Below are positions 37,043-51,400 of a DNA stretch of 64,000 bases, one piece after another. The stretch's first letter is position 1. Every line of letters starts with the position of its first letter. This DNA is from Flectonema sp. DT1601. Its lineage: Eukaryota. A model generated the notes under the pieces. That model saw only the letters and a program-made list of their open reading frames with translations. It was not told the origin of the DNA and ran no database searches. The translations under genes and the position numbers were made by a program. The stretch lies in assembly GCA_964019425.1 (NCBI GenBank), contig OZ025792.1:1116001-1180000 (forward strand). Direction: 5' to 3'.

Positions 37043-40000
37043 CTAAAGCTCAATTATCTTGCAACCTCTGCCATTCCTACCCAGGAATTCTTGTCTCATT
37101 AAAGAAAGCTCTAAAGAAGCTTCCCCTGTTGGTAAATTCCTCATCGTCATCATTGAACTAGAATTCGATGTCCTTGAAAACGAAGCCAACGGATGCATCG
37201 ATGGCAACGGCAACGGCGACAACGCATCACTCATCGACAATCCCAAACTCGATCTCATCGGCATTGACTCGCTTACTACAGAAGTCTCATCAAGCTTCTT
37301 ATTCTTTTCCCAATGTCTTTGTTGTACTCGAGTTCGAATACCCTTGCACAGAATGTATCCTTCAACAAGAACATCAATTCCTGACTTAACTATTAAAATA
37401 ATTACCGAAGCAAATAGAAAATTAGAAGCAATTTGGAAACCGTAGTGCCCGGTGTTCTCTTCGTAGTAACCTGCTGCCATGAAGAAAAGAGCAGCTGCCT
37501 GGAGACCGAGGAGGACGAAGTCGACAGTGCTGTCACGTGCTCGACAGTGCGGCCACAGAATTGCTTCGAGTACAAGGAGAATTAGAAAGAGAAATCCTTC
37601 AAAAAGTTTCTTGTGTCCGCACTGAATTAAAGTTCTGGTATTGAGTGACTCCATAGCACTGATCGCAAGCATCGAAGCAAACTCCACAATACTAAACCAA
37701 ACTACTTCCTGACGAAATGATCCAATCACTGTTCTGTAACGATTCACCCAATGAAGCTCAACATGATTGCTGACCCATTCTCCAGGTCCCATCAACAGTC
37801 GCTTCAATCCATAACGAGCATCGTCAGCGTACACTGCCTGACTAGGAACTCCCTTCCTGCATTCTCTAAAGATAAATATTGGAACAGCAACACAACCACA
37901 ACACGTTACCAATCCTATTATAAAGTGAAATGGCGTATTCGGGTAGCTCACAAGAGACATCCCACCTTGTGTCGTACCTTGGTATAAGAATTGGAAGACG
38001 AACAACGGAGCCGAAGGAAATCTCAGTAATCCCTGAGTGTCCAAACCATTGAACAACTTTGGGGCACAACTCGTACCTCCCCGTTCTGCTATCTTTAATA
38101 TGAAGAAACACAATACTGCAAACCCGAATGATATCATCACATTCCCAGCCACCATTCCAAGCGCATAACTGTCTCCAATTTTCCACTGTGTCGGGTGTAG
38201 AGGTCGAGGGTACTCCCTCGATGAATTATTCTCATTTCCAACACGACAGCTTCCAGATATCGCAACCAACCGCAAGGCTGGTCCCGCTGATGCACCGGCT
38301 CCCAAAGCAGAAGCCGCCGCAGCTGCCGAACCCACCTCTTCAACGGTTTCCGCCGTCTTCTTGTCGATCACTGGTGGAACTTCTGTTGGAGGTGCGGCAG
38401 TCTCAGGCACGCTAGTGGAAGGAACAGGAGAAGGAGGTAACGGAGAAGGTATCGGTGTCGGAATCGATGTTGGAGGTAATGTTGATGGCACAGCGGTTGG
38501 TACAGCAGTTGGTATTACAGGAACGGAAGTTGGCACCGCAGTTGGAACAACCGTCGGTACAGTCGGAATTGCTGTTGTGTCAATCGGTACGGCTGTCGGT
38601 AGTGCAGTAGGGACAGCAGTTGGAATGGCTGTTGGAATTACGGTTGGGACAATTGTTGGAACTGCAGTCTGTATTGCGGTAGGAATTGAGGTAGGTACGG
38701 CCGTAGGCACCGAAGTTTGAAAAGCTGTCGGGATAGCTGTTGGAAAGGCTGTCGGGATTGCGGTGGGGACAGCTGTTGGTACAGCAGTTGGAACAGCTGT
38801 CGGAGCTGCAGTTGGTATTGCCGTCGGCACCGAGGAAGGTACTGCAGTCGGTATGGCAGTAGGAATGGCTGTTGGTACCGCTGTGGGAATAGTTGTTGGA
38901 ACAGCCGTAGGCACTGAGGTAGGTACTACATTCGGCATGGCAGTAGGCACCGAGGTAGGTACTGCAGTCGGTATAGCGGTAGGAATAGTTGTTGGAACAG
39001 CCGTAGGCACTGAGGAAGGTACTGCCGTCGGTATGGCAGTAGGAATGGCAGTTGGTACCGCTGTGGGAATAGTTGTCGGAATGGCTGTTGGAACAGCCGT
39101 AGGCGCCGCAGTAGGTATGGCAGTAGGAACGGCTGCTGGTACGGCTGTCGGAATAGCGGTAGGCACAGCTGTTGGCACCGCAGTAGGAATAGCTGTTGGA
39201 ACGGCTGTTAGTACTGCCGTTGGAACGGCTGTTGGTACGGCTGTCGGAATAGCGGTAGGCACAGCTGTCGGCACCGCAGTAGGAATAGCTGTTGGAACGG
39301 CTGTTGGTACTGCCGTTGGAACGGCTGTTGGTACGGCTGTCGGAATAGCGGTAGGCACAGCTGTCGGCACCGCAGTAGGAATAGCTGTTGGAACGGCTGT
39401 TGGTACTGCTGTGGGAGGAGCAGGTGTTTGTCTTCCGTAGAGGCTACACCTACCAGTTGATTTCTTGAGAGTGTAAATAAAGTCTGAGACTGCAAGAATT
39501 TGATCAGCATCATTCGCTACGGTTTCGGCAATTCCACCGTCGAAGACCGGAAGAGTGGGACCGATACCGTAAGCTACTCCTGGAGCGTCTCCATGTTGAC
39601 AGGTTACGTCTAACATATTACCAGGGTTAGCTGTTACGCGTCTAGATAACGAAGTAGCCAATCCACCGAAGAAAGTATTGTCTCCCACGGCAAAGACATA
39701 TCCGTTGCAGGCAACAATGCGTTTGAGTCTGTTCACGTCGTAGAAAATCGTCGTCGAAGAAGTTTTGCTGTTTAGTATACCGACAGCTGGAGCACTGGTT
39801 GAGTATACACCGAGGAAATATATCATCCCAGAGGACTCGTCTACGGTAATTGTTCCGATGTCGCTGTTTCTTAAGAAGCTTCCTGAGCTGTCTACAGTTC
39901 CCATGGCAATGTTTGCCATTTCGAAGAAAACTATCCCTTCGTTTTGACATGCGCCATAGATAGTAGTTCCCTTAGCAGCGAGTTCAAGACAACTTCCAGT

Positions 40001-40366
40001 GTATGGAAATACCATCACATTCGCAATGTCAATTATACCAACAGCAAGAATAGGAAATACATGTAGCTTACCAGGTTCAGCAGCAACCAAATAAGGTGTT
40101 CCTCCGATAGTTATTGAAGTAGCAGTAATAATGTTTGAAGTGTAAACCCTTATTGACATAGATGAGCACTGAGTAGTTTCAGGATCAAACTGTCTGATCT
40201 GAGTACCAGAAATTGAGTACATCCACTTGTCATAAACAGCCATTGTTCCTAATGTAGGAGTGTATCCAACACCATCAAGCATTGCTGTTTTGTAGCATGT
40301 TGCTAATTGCACCACAGTCAGAAGGATGAAAAACGTCCCCACATGCCTGAAGGTACTTGCCGCCAT
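37043..40366 (-). CDS. Mucin-stalked 7-TM surface protein, paralogue 5, ~1107 aa
   Basis: Intact ORF, same architecture. Confidence 0.9.
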   Translation of the reverse strand: MAASTFRHVGTFFILLTVVQLATCYKTAMLDGVGYTPTLGTMAVYDKWMYSISGTQIRQFDPETTQCSSMSIRVYTSNIITATSITIGGTPYLVAAEPGKLHVFPILAVGIIDIANVMVFPYTGSCLELAAKGTTIYGACQNEGIVFFEMANIAMGTVDSSGSFLRNSDIGTITVDESSGMIYFLGVYSTSAPAVGILNSKTSSTTIFYDVNRLKRIVACNGYVFAVGDNTFFGGLATSLSRRVTANPGNMLDVTCQHGDAPGVAYGIGPTLPVFDGGIAETVANDADQILAVSDFIYTLKKSTGRCSLYGRQTPAPPTAVPTAVPTAIPTAVPTAVPTAIPTAVPTAVPTAVPTAVPTAIPTAVPTAVPTAIPTAVPTAVPTAVLTAVPTAIPTAVPTAVPTAIPTAVPAAVPTAIPTAAPTAVPTAIPTTIPTAVPTAIPTAIPTAVPSSVPTAVPTTIPTAIPTAVPTSVPTAMPNVVPTSVPTAVPTTIPTAVPTAIPTAIPTAVPSSVPTAIPTAAPTAVPTAVPTAVPTAIPTAFPTAIPTAFQTSVPTAVPTSIPTAIQTAVPTIVPTVIPTAIPTAVPTALPTAVPIDTTAIPTVPTVVPTAVPTSVPVIPTAVPTAVPSTLPPTSIPTPIPSPLPPSPVPSTSVPETAAPPTEVPPVIDKKTAETVEEVGSAAAAASALGAGASAGPALRLVAISGSCRVGNENNSSREYPRPLHPTQWKIGDSYALGMVAGNVMISFGFAVLCFFILKIAERGGTSCAPKLFNGLDTQGLLRFPSAPLFVFQFLYQGTTQGGMSLVSYPNTPFHFIIGLVTCCGCVAVPIFIFRECRKGVPSQAVYADDARYGLKRLLMGPGEWVSNHVELHWVNRYRTVIGSFRQEVVWFSIVEFASMLAISAMESLNTRTLIQCGHKKLFEGFLFLILLVLEAILWPHCRARDSTVDFVLLGLQAAALFFMAAGYYEENTGHYGFQIASNFLFASVIILIVKSGIDVLVEGYILCKGIRTRVQQRHWEKNKKLDETSVVSESMPMRSSLGLSMSDALSPLPLPSMHPLASFSRTSNSSSMMTMRNLPTGEASLELSLMRQEFLGRNGRGCKIIEL

Positions 40367-41639
40367 ACTGTGTGGGTGGCTGTGAGTGAAGAACATGTAA
40401 AACATAATACTCAAATAACTTCGTCAATCAATTCTACTCTGATGAGGGGCATCTTGTCAATTGAAACTTCTGCATAATTGTGATAACTGATGCAAAGATG
40501 AGAATAAGAGTAAAATAATTTCATTACCTTGTCTTCAACAGAGTTAGAAAGATTGGATGTAGACTCCCAATAACCACTACTGGGAATCAGTTGCGTGGTA
40601 CAAATGAATAATATTAAGAATGAAATATGTTATTCTCGTTGTTGAAGGTGATCTTTCAAATTAGAAAATTCTTTTTTCTTCATAATCACGTGAGAAAATT
40701 GCCGCCATACAATAGAAAATTAAAAACTCGTAACAGGGCGCCGTTCGCTCCCAATTGTCCCAAGCATTAATATCGTAAAGTGCTTCAAAAACATTAATTC
40801 AAAAAAAGAAGTTAGTTAGCTACAATATGAGTTTGTATCATTAATTTTAGAACAGAAAAGTGAGAATAAGAAAAGTAGAGATTAGTAAAAGAAAAGTATT
40901 CATTTCTGCAGTTTCCTAACATCAAAGGGTAATAGAATATGTAGTTTCAGGAGCCTTAATCTTATACTACTTGTCCCTTTTTAGGCCTTTATCAGTAAGT
41001 TCTAAGGGACTTCATTCTATGTTGAAATTGCTATCGTTCTAAGATAAAAATCCATCGGAGCTCGCCAGAAAAGAAGTAAGTTAGCTACAATATGAGTTTG
41101 TTATGAATAATAGTTAATTCATTAAATTTAGTTTAGAAAGGAAAAGCTTGGAAAAATACATTGTTCTGCTGTTTTATTTAACACGGAAGCCTATAGAACG
41201 GTGGGTCCAGATTAACCCTCACCAGTAGAGGATCCAATCAGAGATTGTGTTTTTATAGCTTCAGCTCGGTTGTCAAACCATTCCCAGATACTAACAGGTT
41301 GAAAACAAAAAGAATGATCAGAAAGGTTGAAATGTTTGTTATATTTATGAACAAATAAATATCTGTATCGTACCAGAGTTGACTAAATATTTTTTTTACG
41401 ACCATATGTGACATATGGCGTAGTACACTACTATCGGAGAAACACCTTAAATTGTTATCTATAATTCAGTTAGAAAACTTGTGATATTTTGGTAATATAG
41501 AAACAGTAATAAACTTTAAAACACTCAAAAGATACGTGATAAGGTTAAACTAAGACGTATGACAGAAGCTTTATCTTCATTTCAGAATAGTAACCAAAAT
41601 GATTGATAATAGATTACTTTCTCGTACATAACAAAACTA

Positions 41640-41995
41640 ATGTCAGTATAAGTTTCCAGAAATCGTTATCGAATCTGGTGATTCCGGGTCCACGTTCTAC
41701 AAGTTCAGCGCCCAATGCCTTGCAGTCCGTTACAGCGGATGTAAATTTCTTTTCTTTTTTTGTTTTTCGGTTATCATTACTTATTTTATATATGGTTTTA
41801 TTTCTTAGTTCGAAGCTAGTCACTACTACCGGAGCACACTTCTGCTACAGAATGTTGATTACTGTGTGATTGAAAAGTACTCTGACACATGGATTTTTGA
41901 GTCAGGCTTTCCACGATCTAGTTTAGATTTCTCTCTCTTTTTTTCATGTGTTTGTATGTATCCGTTTATCGAAAAGATAAGGTCACAATGATCAA
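41640..41995 (-). mobile_element. Decayed Penelope-like RT thumb fragment (copies ~32200-32510 and ~54745-55105)
   Basis: Translates, with stops and an insertion, to LDHCDLIFSINGYIQTHEKKREK...PDSKIHVSEYFSITQ...FTSAVTDCKALGAELVERG. This resembles the PLE pattern FLDL...YxKR...P..S.+P...F...L..RGY. Confidence 0.5.
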
Positions 41996-44454
41996 GAGAA
42001 AGTAGTTAGTTTGAGCATACTTATATTGAATATAAATATGTTTATGTATCAAAAGTTAACTGTTGGTTAGTAAATGAGATTATTAAAAAAATGCATTTGA
42101 GAAAATAAGATCCAACGTTGCCGTATATTATGAGTGCTCCAGGAGGGTAACTCACAGTAACAGAGGACCCAAGCCGTAGCTGTTTCCGAAAAACTCAACA
42201 TAGAATGTTGAATTAGCTTCAACTGAAGTGATGTAATTTAAAAAGATTAATGAACATCAATCTTCAGCTTTCTACCTCGCCTAGCTTATTAAACTATTGA
42301 ACTAATAAGAATAAATAAAAATAAATAAATAAGTAAATAAATAAATAAATACACTAACAAGCATAACACTCGTAAAGCATCAAATATTAACGATAGATTG
42401 GCTGCCTGTTCTTGAATCGAACCACTCTCTGGATCGATCCGAGTTAATTCAGAAGACTCTCTCTTCAGGAATGAATTAAACTGTTTGGTTTTTATCTGAA
42501 TTTAGGAAACAATACAATCCACTGAATTCCCACTGATGCAGTCAGATAGCTGTTACACTACCGATCACATCCTGTGAGTTGCGGTAGTTGCACACACTAG
42601 CGCACTATCTACTGAAGGCTCACGGTTCGGGGCACCATGTCGTCTCGCAAAGAGCTGACCGACATCGAACTCTCCAGACTGCCATGGCTTCCCTTTCAGA
42701 GTTTCCTTTGCCGTAAGCTAGGCTCTTGCGATCTTTGCTTGCCTTCTGTTTGACTGCTAGGGTTTGACTCCCAGACCAGGGGGGGCTTGGATTAATAAAT
42801 CAATGTTAACACGCAACAAATTAGACATGAATCAGGGGGGGCTGAGATTGGAGTAATAAACAAAATATCTTTTCCATTCCACATAAACCTTTTTTCATAA
42901 GATAATCATATGTGCCTCAAAAAAGAATCGGCAGAGCATTTGATTGAAAACACTCGGTTTTCTTATTTGTTTAGTTCATTATAACAAGAAAAAAACAAGA
43001 TCAAAAAGTCACCGGAATTGGGGAAGCTTTCAAAAGAGAATCTCACAAAAGAAAGAATCACTGCGCAAGCAAAATAATAACAAACAGGAACACAGAGCAA
43101 GCAATGCAACACAACATCACACTTGTATTTATGGTGCTTCAACAACTGATAAGATATCAATGGTTGAATTATGCTTTGATACACTCTGAAAACAACGTTT
43201 ACAAAGTTTATAAAAGGCAATGGAGAGAGACAAGAGAAGAGACACAAAGAAAGGATCGAGCGATCGTTTCTTTAGAACTCCATGTTGACAACTACACCGG
43301 AACAGGCTCAACGTAAACAGCAGGAAGACAGAAGTGAATCGCGGGTCACATTCTGAAGATAATAATGCTGAAGAAATAAACCTCATTAAGACCCAGGTAA
43401 GAATAGGTGATTAAGATAATCAAAAGAAAATTGAAGTGAGGATGATTAACAGGAAGGAACAACAAAGAATTCATTGAACTGAAACAGTTGCCCTGTCAAT
43501 AAGAATAAATAAAACTAATTAAAGGCAGAGATAAGAAATCGCTAAACCGAGGCAACAAAGTCGTAGATTCCATAAGAATGATAAGAAAATATATAATTGA
43601 GCCTTTGATCTTGGTCGATAATTCCTGAGGGGTGAAGTACAATGGGATTGGAGGCTTGGCACTGAAAAATCAGAATATACCCTTATGAACAACACAAAAC
43701 GTTTTTTTGCTTTTTTCGCAGTCGCTGACACTGATTTAACCTAAAAGTAAGAAGTCGGTTTTGGTTTAGTTTCAGCGATGCAACTAGAGAAAGGAAAAGG
43801 GAGAAAAACCACGGAGGGCAAAAAAGGAGAACGGAACTGTGATCTATCGGGTCAACTATGTTTCCTTCCATACAAAATACTAAAATATAAAAAAAAATGA
43901 GGAGAAAAAAAAGAACAGGAAAACGCTAAAGAATAACTGATTTTAACTAAAACTATACAGAAAATAGTAATATAACACTTGTTGATGTTTTGTTTGTGCA
44001 CAAAACAGTGAACTGACATAAACTGAAAAAGCTAAATGAGGTTACTTGTGCTGCCAAAGTTATTTACGGTACAAACAATCATTCTCCCTGTGTAAACGAT
44101 GCTGTCTCAGGACGCACCAACGAGAATCAAAGTTGCTTTTTCATTTAGGCGAAAGGATTTTTCTTGAAGTGTAACCAGAATTCGACAGGCTATTTGTATT
44201 TTTGGACCACTGCCCATAGAAAAGAATTGGCTTTATCATAAACTTTACAGCAAATAATAATATAACAACTGTGAATGTGTTGTTTGCGCACGAAACTGTG
44301 AACCGATGTAACTGACAAATCGAAAGGACGTTTACGTGTGCTGCCAACATTCTTTTTCTTTCTTACAACATTTCGTGAATGCAAAAAGAATACACCAAGC
44401 TTTAGGCTTCCTCAATTCTTCTCTTCCACACGAGGAAATATATCAATTTGTTAC

Positions 44455-46110
44455 GAGATAAGGAATCGCTAAACGCAGGCAACAAAGTCTTGGAATCAAT
44501 AAGAATGCAAGATAATATAAAATAAACGAAAAGTCTTTTTCAGTTTCTTTCTCAAATTAAGTTGCACATATTCTCCAACATTGATACCTAACAAGTAGAA
44601 AGCCTGAATCTGTGGAAATGGCGTCACGGCTTCGTTTGTACGCAGATCTGAATCACCTCCACACGAAGTGTGAATAGTGCACGTGACTCCACAGTTTAGT
44701 CTTTCCTTTTATTGTTTGCCTAAAATAAAGTACTTTTGAAAATGAAATCACAAAGGGTAGGAAAAAGAGAGAAAAACAATGCAACCTCCACCCAAGAAGT
44801 GTGAATAGTGCACGTGACATCGTAATTTCATTTATTGAGCTTCAATGGTTGAATTACGCTTTAACACACTCTGAAGAACAACGTTCATAAAGTTTATAAA
44901 AGAAAGAAGAGAGAAGACAAGAGAAGAGACACAAAGAAAGGATCGACCGATCGTTTCTTGCCCAAAGCGGAACAGATTCAAAGAAAACAGCAGGAAGACA
45001 GAAGTCAACTGCGGGTCACATTCTGAAGATAATAATGCTGAAGAAATGAACCTTATTAAGACCCAGGTAAGAATCGGTGATTAAGATAATCAAAAGGAAC
45101 AACAAAGAATTCATTGAACTGAAACAGTTGACCTGTCGTCATCCTTGGATAAGTAAATAAAAATAAAGACAACTCAATCAAGGCAGAGATAAGGAATCGC
45201 TAAACGCAGGCAACAAAGTCTTGGAATCAATAAGAATGCAAGATAATATAAAATAAACGAAAAGTCTTTTTCAGTTTCTTTCTCAAATTAAGTTGCACAT
45301 ATTCTCCAACTTTGATTCCTAACAAGTGGAATGCCTGAATCTGTGGAAACGGCGTCACGGCCCCGTTTGTACGAAGATCTGAATCACCTCCACACGAAGT
45401 GTGAATAGTGCACGTGACTCCACAGTTTAGTCTTTCCTTTTATTGTTTGCCTAAAATAAAGTACTTTTGAAAATGAAATCACAAAGGGTAGGAAAAAGAG
45501 AGAAAAACAATGCAACCTCCACCCAAGAAGTGTGAATAGTGCACGTGACATCGTAATTTCATTTATTGAGCTTCAATGGTTGAATTACGCTTTAACACAC
45601 TCTGAAGAACAACGTTCATAAAGTTTATAAAAGAAAGAAGAGAGAAGACAAGAGAAGAGACACAAAGAAAGGATCGACCGATCGTTTCTTTAGAACTCCA
45701 TGTTGACAACTAAAAGCGGGACAGGCTCAAAGTAAACAGCAGGAAGACAGAAGTGAACTGCGGGTCACATTCTGAAGATAATAATGCTGCAGAAATGAAC
45801 CTTATTAAGACCCAGGTAAGAATCGGTGATTAAGATAATCAAAAGAAAGATTGAAGTGAGGATGATTAACAGGAAGGAACAACAAAGAATTCATCAAATT
45901 GAAACAGTTGACCTGTCGTCATCCTTGGATAAGTAAATAAAAATAAAGATAAAGACAACTCAATCAAGGCAGAGATAAGGAATCGCTAAACGCAGGCAAC
46001 AAAGTCTTGGAATCAATAAGAATGCAAGATAATATAAAATAAACGAAAAGTCTTTTTCAGTTTCTTTCTTAATTAAGTTTCACATATTCTCCAACTTTGA
46101 TACCTAACAA
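44455..46110. repeat. Tandem duplication, ~2.2 copies of a ~730-790 bp spacer unit
   Basis: GAGATAAGGAATCGCTAAACGCAGGCAACAAAGTC recurs at ~44455, ~45186 and ~45972 with collinear sequence in between. Confidence 0.85.
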
Positions 46111-47097
46111 GTAGTTTAGTTAGTTTAGTTAGCAAAATACAAACTGATGACTACGAGGGGTCTGGGTAGCCCGCATCAGTAAGGACCCAATCGCGAAGAT
46201 TGTAGTTTCATAGTATTGGCTGGAAGTGATCGACTTCCAGCCTCCACCTTGCCCAGAGGCTAACAGGTTGTAAACAACTAAAGAAAATAAAAGAGAAACG
46301 ATCTGGGAGTGGGGGGAAGGTGAAAAGGAATTGGCTTTAACTTCAACTATACAGAAAATAATGATATAACACTGTGATTTTTTGTTTGTGCACGAAACCG
46401 TGAACCGACTTAAACTGATAAAGCTAAAGGAGGTTTACGTGTGCTGCCAACATTCTTTTTCGTTCTTACAATACTTGTTAAATGCAAAAAAAATAAAAAA
46501 TCTTCTTTCTTTCATATACATCTTTCTTTATAATACGACCACATGTCCCATATGCCCAAGTAGAACGTGAATCTGTGGAAATGGTGTCACGGCCCCGTAT
46601 GTACGTACCGACCAAGGGTTTGACACACGCAGCTGTAACCTATACAGTTCAGCCTTTCCTTTTATTGTTGCCTAAAATAAAATCTTCTAGGGTGGGAAAA
46701 AAGAGAGAAAAACTGATGATCTGCAGGGTGACTTTACAGCTCAAGTCTGTATAAGCAGCAAATAGAAAACAAAGAAATTATAAATAAAAGTAACACAGTC
46801 GAAACGGAAACTAACGGGAAGAGAACGGGAATGAAGAAGAAGATGCACAAATTGAAAAAATAATACTTCCCAAGAGAGGGAATCTGCACAGCTCTCAACA
46901 ACCAAACTTAATAAATAAATATCTGCAGAGTGGGTGAATGCTTCCCTCCGGAAGACTAACATTTGTATCAATTTAAATACGACTCGAAAAATCTAAAAAG
47001 CTGATGTGACCTTGAGGCCTTGCTTTCCATTCGAAGACGGGGTCATATTAAAAATGGGGAATATAAAATTACCACCGTGGGAGATGAGCTTCTTAAG

Positions 47098-47226
47098 TTA
47101 GTTAGTATTAATAATTATCAGTCAATCAATAAAAGGGTAAAATTACGTAGGACAACAAACAAGTTGGTTTGGGCTAAGATTAAAAGAAGTTAGTTAGAAT
47201 ATGAGTTTATTATAGAAGTTAGTTAG
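47098..47226 (-). mobile_element. Short GTTAG-tailed insertion(s) between TTAAG direct repeats
   Basis: Paralogous empty sites read CTTCTTAAGACTCC (~35843, ~57263); here TTAAG occurs at 47093-47097 and 47227-47231. Confidence 0.75.
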
Positions 47227-48433
47227 TTAAGACTCCTCGTCGAGGAAAATAATATTTAAAAAAAAAGGAATATTCCTCTTGAAACTTTTCACATTTATTT
47301 TATCTTAAACACGTGGAATCGCATAATCACAAAGCTACACAATAGAAAGCGCGGGGAACACCTTTCCCTTTCCTTTGACACACTCTTTGAGAGAGAGCTT
47401 GTTGTATCTGCTGGTTAGTATTAATAACTAGATTTTAGTAGCTAGTTAGTGAGTACTAGGATTTCTAATCATCAACAAGAACTTCAAAAGCATTGTTTTT
47501 CAGGGCAACTAATTTTTACTAAATCGTTTTGTTGGGAATGAGAGACATCAAGTAGTCTGAGCTGACCAACAGATCAGTAGCTAAACTGAATTAACGACAC
47601 CTTATGAGTAAGATGGAAATCAAATAACTTGCCGCGTGAAAACTTATCAATGCAATTTCATTAAAATAAAAATAAAAATTAATAAAAAGTCTCCAAAAAT
47701 ACAACACAAGTATTCTTAATAAAAGACAATACCGAACTGCAACGACGATGAAACAAACACCAAGCTTAACCAAATATATTTGGTGGTGAGGAAATAAAAT
47801 AAATAGAGAGGAAGAATAACATAACGCCACCGAATTTAAGAACATAACCGTGAACTTGATACTGTTCATGTTGTGACAAAACACATTTGAATATCAACGT
47901 AGTCACATTTAGTTCAACTTCTTTCATAAATTGAACAAACAACAAATGGGACAACGAATTCCTTGCCATTAGCACGACCAGCGTCATAAAACATTCGACA
48001 GCATTTTACATAGAAATCAATAAGAAAAGAAAACGACAATTCAACCACAAAGTGTCAACTAAACAGAAACCCATAAAAAATGAACTTGTACTCTTGACCA
48101 CTACCATGCGACGTATGAATTACGAGGAAAGATTAAAAAGGGAGAGCAGATGGACACAAGATAGCTCAAGAAAGTTGAAACAAATGTTTCTACGCAAGAA
48201 TAAAAATTTATAAAAGGACTAAGTCCATGGTTCCAACATGAGGTCAACTTCCCCTTACCTCCAGGATATTAAAAGGAGTCGTGTCCAAAGGGAAATGGGG
48301 ACTGCGACCGTTAACAATTCAGCCATAGCTCAAAAACAACTCGAACCATCAGAGAGTTGATGCAGCAAAAAAAGAAGAACAGCAGTATGCAGTAGGCAGG
48401 CAGTAATAAATCACTGTTGATGAACTGCAACAA

Positions 48434-51400
48434 CTAAATCTCAATTATCTTGCAACCTCTGCCATTCCTATCCAGGAATTCTTGTTTCATTAAAGAAAGC
48501 TCTAAAGAAGCTTCCCCTGTTGGTAAATTCCTCATCGTCATCATTGAACTAGAATTCGATGTCCTTGAAAACGAAGCCAATGGATGCATCGATGGCAACG
48601 GCGACAACGCATCACTCATCGACAATCCCAAACTCGATCTCATCGGCATTGACTCGCTTACTACAGAAGTCTCATCAAGCTTCTTATTCTTTTCCCAATG
48701 TCTTTGTTGTACTCGAGTTCGAATACCCTTGCACAGAATGTATCCTTCAACAAGAACATCAATTCCTGACTTAACTATTAAAATAATTACCGAAGCAAAT
48801 AGAAAATTAGAAGCAATTTGGAAACCGTAGTGTCCGGTGTTCTCTTCGTAGTAACCTGCTGCCATGAAGAAAAGAGCAGCTGCCTGGAGACCGAGGAGGA
48901 CGAAGTCGACGGTGCTGTCACGTGCTCGACAGTGCGGCCAGAGAATTGCTTCGAGTACAAGGAGAATTAGAAAGAGAAATCCTTCAAAAAGTTTCTTGTG
49001 TCCGCACTGAATTAAAGTTCTGGTATTGAGAGACTCCATAGCACTGATCGCAAGCATCGAAGCAAACTCCACAATACTAAACCAAACTACTTCCTGACGA
49101 AATGATCCAATCACTGTTCTGTAACGATTCACCCAATGAAGCTCAACATGATTGCTGACCCATTCTCCAGGTCCCATCAACAGTCGCTTCAATCCATAAC
49201 GAGCATCGTCAGCGTACACTGCCTGACTAGGAACTCCCTTCCTGCATTCTCTAAAGATAAATATTGGAACAGCAACACAACCACAACACGTTACCAATCC
49301 TATTATAAAGTGAAATGGCGTATTCGGGTGGCTCACAAGAGACATCCCACCTTGTGTCGTACCTTGGTATAAGAATTGGAAGACGAACAACGGAGCCGAA
49401 GGAAATCTCAGTAATCCCTGAGTGTCCAAACCATTGAACAACTTTGGGGCACAACTCGTACCTCCCCGTTCTGCTATCTTCAACATGAAGAAACACAATA
49501 CTGCAAACCCGAATGATATCATCACATTCCCAGCCACCATTCCAAGCGCATAACTGTCTCCAATTTTCCACTGTGTCGGGTGTAGAGGTCGAGGGTACTC
49601 CCTCGATGAATTATTTTGATCCCCAACACGACAGCTTCCAGATATCGCAACCAACCGCAAGGCTGGTCCCGCTGATGCACCGGCTCCCAAAGCAGAAGCC
49701 GCCGCAGCTGCCGAACCCACCTCTTCAACGGTCTCGGTCGTCTTCTTGTCGATCACTGGTGGAACTTCTGTTGGAGGTGCGGCAGTCTCAGGCACGCTAG
49801 TGGAAGGAACAGGAGTAGGAGGTAACGGAGAAGGCATCGGTGTCGGAATCGATGTTGGAGGTAATGTTGGCACAGCGGTTGGTACAGCAGTTGGTATTAC
49901 AGGAACGGAAGTTGGCACCGTCGGTACAGTCGGAATTGCTGTTGTGTCAATCGGTACGGCTGTCGGTAGTGCAGTAGGGACAGCAGTTGGAATGGCTGTT
50001 GGTACGGCTGTTGGAATTACGGTTAGGACAGTTGTTGGAACTGCAGTCTGTATTGCGGTGGGAATTGAGGTAGGTACGGCTGTAGGCACCGAAGTTTGAA
50101 AAGCTGTCGGGATAGCCGTTGGAAAGGCTGTCGGGATTGCGGTGGGGACAGCTGTTGGTACAGCAGTCGGAACAGCTGTCGGAGCTGCAGTTGGTATTGC
50201 CGTCGGCACCGAGGTAGGTACTGCAGTCGGTATGGCAGTAGGAATGGCTGTTGGTACCGCTGTGGGAATAGCTGTTGGAACAGCCGTAGGCACCAAGGTA
50301 GGTACTACATTCGGCATGGCAGTCGGTATGGCTGTTGGAATAGTTGTTGGAACAGCCGTAGGCACCAAGGTAGGTACTGCCGTCGGTATGGCAGTAGGAA
50401 TGGCTGTTGGAACGGCTGTGGGAATAGTTGTCGGAATGGCTGTTGGCACAGCCGTAGGCACCGAGGTAGGTACTGCAGTTGGTAAAGCGGTAGGAATGGC
50501 TGCTGGTACCGCTGTGGGAATAGCTGTTGGAACAGCCGTAGGCACTGAGGAAGGTACTACATTCGGCATGGCAGTCGGTATGGCTGTTGGAATTGCTGTT
50601 GGCACAACCGTAGGCACCAAGGTAGGTACTGCCGTTGGAACGGCTGTTGGTACGGCAGTGGGCACAGCTGTCGGAATAGCGGTAGGCACAGCTGTCGGCA
50701 CCGCAGTAGGAATGGCTGTTGGAACAGCCGTAGGCACCGAGGCAGGTACTGCAGTCGGCATGGCAGTCGGTATGGATGTTGGAATTGCTGTTGGAATCGC
50801 GGTGGGGACAGCTGTTGGCACCGAGGTAGGTACTGCAGTTGGTATAGCGGTAGGAATGGCTGTTGGTACCGCTGTGGGAATAGCTGTTGGAACAGCCGTA
50901 GGCACTGAGGAAGGTACTACAGTCGGCATGGCAGGAATGGCTGTTGGAATTGCTGTTGGCACAGCCGTAGGCACCAAGGTAGGTACTGCCGTCGGTATGG
51001 CAGTAGGAATGGCTGTTGGAACGGCTGTCGGTACGGCAGTGGGCACAGCTGTCGGAATAGCGGTAGGCACTGCTGTCGGCACCGCAGTAGGAATGGCTGT
51101 TGGAACGGCTGTTGGTACTGCCGTGGGAACAGCAGTCGGAACAGGTGTTTGTCTTCCGTAGAGCTTACAGGTACCAGATGACTTCTTGAGAGTGTAAATA
51201 AAGTCTGAAATTGCAATAATTTCATCAGCAGCATTCGCTACGGTTTGGGCAATTCCGCCGTCGAAGACTGGAAAAGTGGGACCGATACCGTATGCTACTT
51301 TTTGAGGGTCTCCATTATGACAGGTTACGTCTAACATATTACCAGGGTTAGTTATTAAACGGCTGGATAGAAAATTAGGCAATCCACCGAAGAAAGTATT